DNA of 64,000 nt from Lama guanicoe (lineage: Eukaryota), in contig MU053557.1 of the NCBI GenBank assembly GCA_013239625.1, forward strand, positions 1,309,063 to 1,373,062. The letters run 5' to 3'. Below are positions 61,046 through 64,000 of the stretch, one piece after another. How positions within the stretch are numbered: position 1 is the first letter of the stretch; every line of letters begins with the position of its first letter. The position numbers and the translations under genes were made by a program. Under the pieces are notes generated by a model. It saw only the letters and a program-made list of their open reading frames with translations, made no database searches and was not told the origin of the DNA.

Positions 61046-63519
61046 AAGAGCCAAAGTATGGTAAATGGTAAGAAAATGGAGTAAGATGTTGAAGCAAACT
61101 TTTAGCAGGAAGCATTATTTGGATTGAGAGAATCAAGGGCAGCTTTCTCTGGAGGAGTGACATCAGAAGGAATTCTGAAAGACGCTTTCATCCCTGTGTT
61201 AAAGGAGCGTATTTAACTAGACCCTTTTCACCTTTTAAGTCTCAGTTTAAGTGGCATTGCTATAGCTGGAAGTGCAGTCTCTATTCAGTTTTTAAAATAT
61301 GTTGAATGTTGCCATATGAATATAAAGCTGCCTATAAATACTTACTGAAATTTTCAGGGTTTTGTGCCTTATGGAGATGTTTACACATGGTAGGTAATCC
61401 ATAGTGATAATCATCTCAACACTAGATACCAACATTTTGGAAAAAAGCATGCTGGGTTTCAGAGTCCTATTAGTACATTCCTCAAAGCTTAGAAATTTTT
61501 TTTTAAAGGAAAAAAAAGTCAGCCATGGAAATTTGGAAGAAGCACATCCAGAAAATAGTAATTAAGATTTAAAAAAAAAAGATGAAATCAGCAAATAAGG
61601 CTTTTCTCCATAAATTGCCAATTATGATCCTTCAGCCCCTGGTTATATAATCTTGACTAGAATTACTTCTGCTTTTGGAGCCAAATCCCTGGAGTCTTGT
61701 GTTCTTGGCTGGTGCAGAGTAAAGTTATTGCAGGCAAACCTCCTAAATTCTGAATACAGCATTTTCCCACTTACTGCCCTCGCAGGTCTGTAAGGTAATA
61801 GGAAAGAAAGAAAAAGGAGGCAGTTTGAATTCCGGGTTCATTAAAAAGCAAAAGATAAAGTCGTTGTTGCATCTTGAACTTAATCGGATGTAATGATTTT
61901 CCTTGAGCTACAGAAAAGAAATTTCTCTAGATTTAGGTAATAGCATAAGCAGAAATGGAAAAATGAAGGCATTTATTTAGAAACTTTGACCTCCTTACCA
62001 CACTGACAGGAAACCTAAAGAGAAGGGAAGTGTTCTAAAATCTACTTAATAAAATCTCATGCTTGGAACATTGGATTGTACATCAAAAGACCGAGACCAT
62101 GATTCTTGCTTCCCAAGAGACCTGTGCTATCTTGAGAATGTAGCTTCACACGGCCACACTTGCTTTCCCCCATGCTAATGCAGAGCAGTGCTTCATTACG
62201 GAAGAGGTGAGAAAATACGAAAGTGTGATATTAGTACTGGATAAAAGGTTTAAAATTAGATAAACATTTTGACCTTGGTAATTGCCTTCTGATCCCCCAA
62301 CCAAAAGCAAAAACAGAAACCAACCACTTGTAGGTGAGTGAAAATGACACGCTTAGATGCAAGAGGCTTTACAGTCTGACAGTCTATAGGACTGAGTTAA
62401 AGTGCCTCTGTCTCCTTGTGGAGGCACTGTATCTGCTTGTGTATATGCTGAGGCTGAAGCAGAATCGCGGAGAGCGTGCCGTGTAACTTTCAGATTCTAG
62501 CACTCCTCAGATTCAACCATTTCCTCTAATTACCAGTTATCATTATTGACTCCTCCAGAAGCACAATTCACAGTTTATCGGCTTCAGGGAAAGAGATGTA
62601 TCTTGCTTCTGTGGTATGTGTGTGTGTGTGAGAGAGAGAGATACAGCCATATAGCTACCTGAAGTTTGGTTTAGAGAGCAAAACTTCTAAATTGTCATGA
62701 TAAAATAGGCAAGTTTTTGTATATGCATACACGTACATTCAACTTTTATCTTTGTTATTTTGGGCAAAGAGAGAGACGTGAGAGCTAGTGGTGATGGTGA
62801 TGATCCCCACCCACATTTGGGACTGTCCATTTTCAGCCTATTACAAAAAACAATTATCATCATCATTCATAGAACAGAAATTAATCGGCACATCTTGAAT
62901 CTCATACTGCAAGGTCCAAGGTGCCTTACTTGGGACTTGTAATTAACATATGGGAAATAATGTGCAGTGGTTTTGCGCTACAGCAAGGAATTAGTGAGGT
63001 TAAATTAATGTTTACTGGGCAGCGCCAATCACAGAAGAATGTATGTTGTATGGTAGGACATACAGCTGCTTGTATTCTGTCATGCCTGGTGCATTTCATT
63101 TGATACTCTCCCTACTTGCCTGTCCCACTTGTCCTCTCCCCACAGCCTGGAACCAGTCTGAAGCTGGCAGGTTCCCATGTAGTTAGCCTCTCACTTCGCA
63201 TGTGCAGCTGGAAGAGCTGCAAAGGCACCAGTCACACAGTGACAGTCTCAGAGAGCCACTACACCCCTGGCTGCTCACAGTCGCCAGATGACTGGGAAAC
63301 ATTTAAAATGATGGTTTCTAGATTTGTGTATCCTTTAAAGCTGCAAATAGAATTTATTTTATTCCAGGGTTTTATTTATTCATTTATTTAACAGATATTT
63401 ATCACACATTTTCTTGCACTAGGTCCTGGACACCTAATCTCTATTCACTCTTCTTCAGAAGCCTAGAGTCAATTATTTGGTATTAAAATCTTGCCATTCA
63501 AACAGTATTAGGGTGTTTC

Positions 63520-63555
63520 TCTCCCTCTCTCTCTCTCTCTCTCTTTCTCTCTTTC
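63520..63555. repeat. (CT)n low-complexity microsatellite
   Basis: Imperfect CT run. Confidence 0.85.
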
Positions 63556-64000
63556 ACTGCTCTGTATTTCATGAGTCTTCTGCATGGGTGTCCTCCTCCT
63601 CTTTCTCTGCCTAACAAAGTGTAAGTCATTCTGAAAATCTCAAATCCAGTGCCAAGTCCATGAGGTCCTTTCAGATTACCTCAATGATAAATGATTTTTC
63701 TTTGGCCCACTAAATTTTGGAACTCTGTTACACGGCAAATATACCTGATACAAACCTGCAGCTGTAGTAGCTCCATATCATACAGTCTTTCATTCATCAA
63801 GCATTTAGTGGGTATCTCCTCTTCCTTCTGCCAGGCGCTGTGTTAGGCAAGATGAAACAGAGGAAAAGAGGAAGGAGAGGCAGTATGATGTTACTGTTAA
63901 GAAACAAGATCCAAGTAAAAGTGTAAAATAGTATATGTTTTTGGATTTCTTGTATTATTTACATGACATTGTTTTTGAAATCCATGCATGATGTAGCATC

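Noticed and set aside
1..64000. Prokaryotic systems (CRISPR arrays, operons, defence islands)
   Set aside because: The sequence is mammalian and repeat-rich; I saw no spaced direct-repeat arrays or gene-dense ORF organisation.

Overview
Eukaryotic, mammalian genomic DNA, most likely camelid (alpaca/llama/camel). Two tRNA-Ala(AGC)-derived SINEs of the Vic-1 type are present, and I saw no Alu, Bov-tA/BovB, PRE-1 or CanSINE. The window looks intergenic or deep-intronic and contains no protein-coding gene I can recognise. The ORF track is mostly chance ORFs, many with non-ATG starts, plus decayed retroelement frames. Bases 1-19.5 kb are dominated by LINE-1 pieces, including three 5'UTR/ORF1 ends on the minus strand. 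20.4-23.4 kb is a decayed ERVL (class III) pro-pol-dUTPase interior with no flanking LTRs. 26.35-27.58 kb is a young twin-primed (5'-inverted) L1 with a degenerate TSD. The rest is a patchwork of old L2, MIR, MLT1/LTR16-type LTRs, L1M fragments and hAT-type MITEs, with a few repeat-free islands. The best non-repeat candidates are a pair of well-formed + strand exons (45866-45968, 46170-46365) that splice in frame, a TF-motif cluster about 1.3 kb upstream of them, and a homeodomain-motif-dense island near 25 kb. I found no convincing novel multi-gene system. Repeat subfamily names are from recall of consensus sequences and boundaries are approximate.
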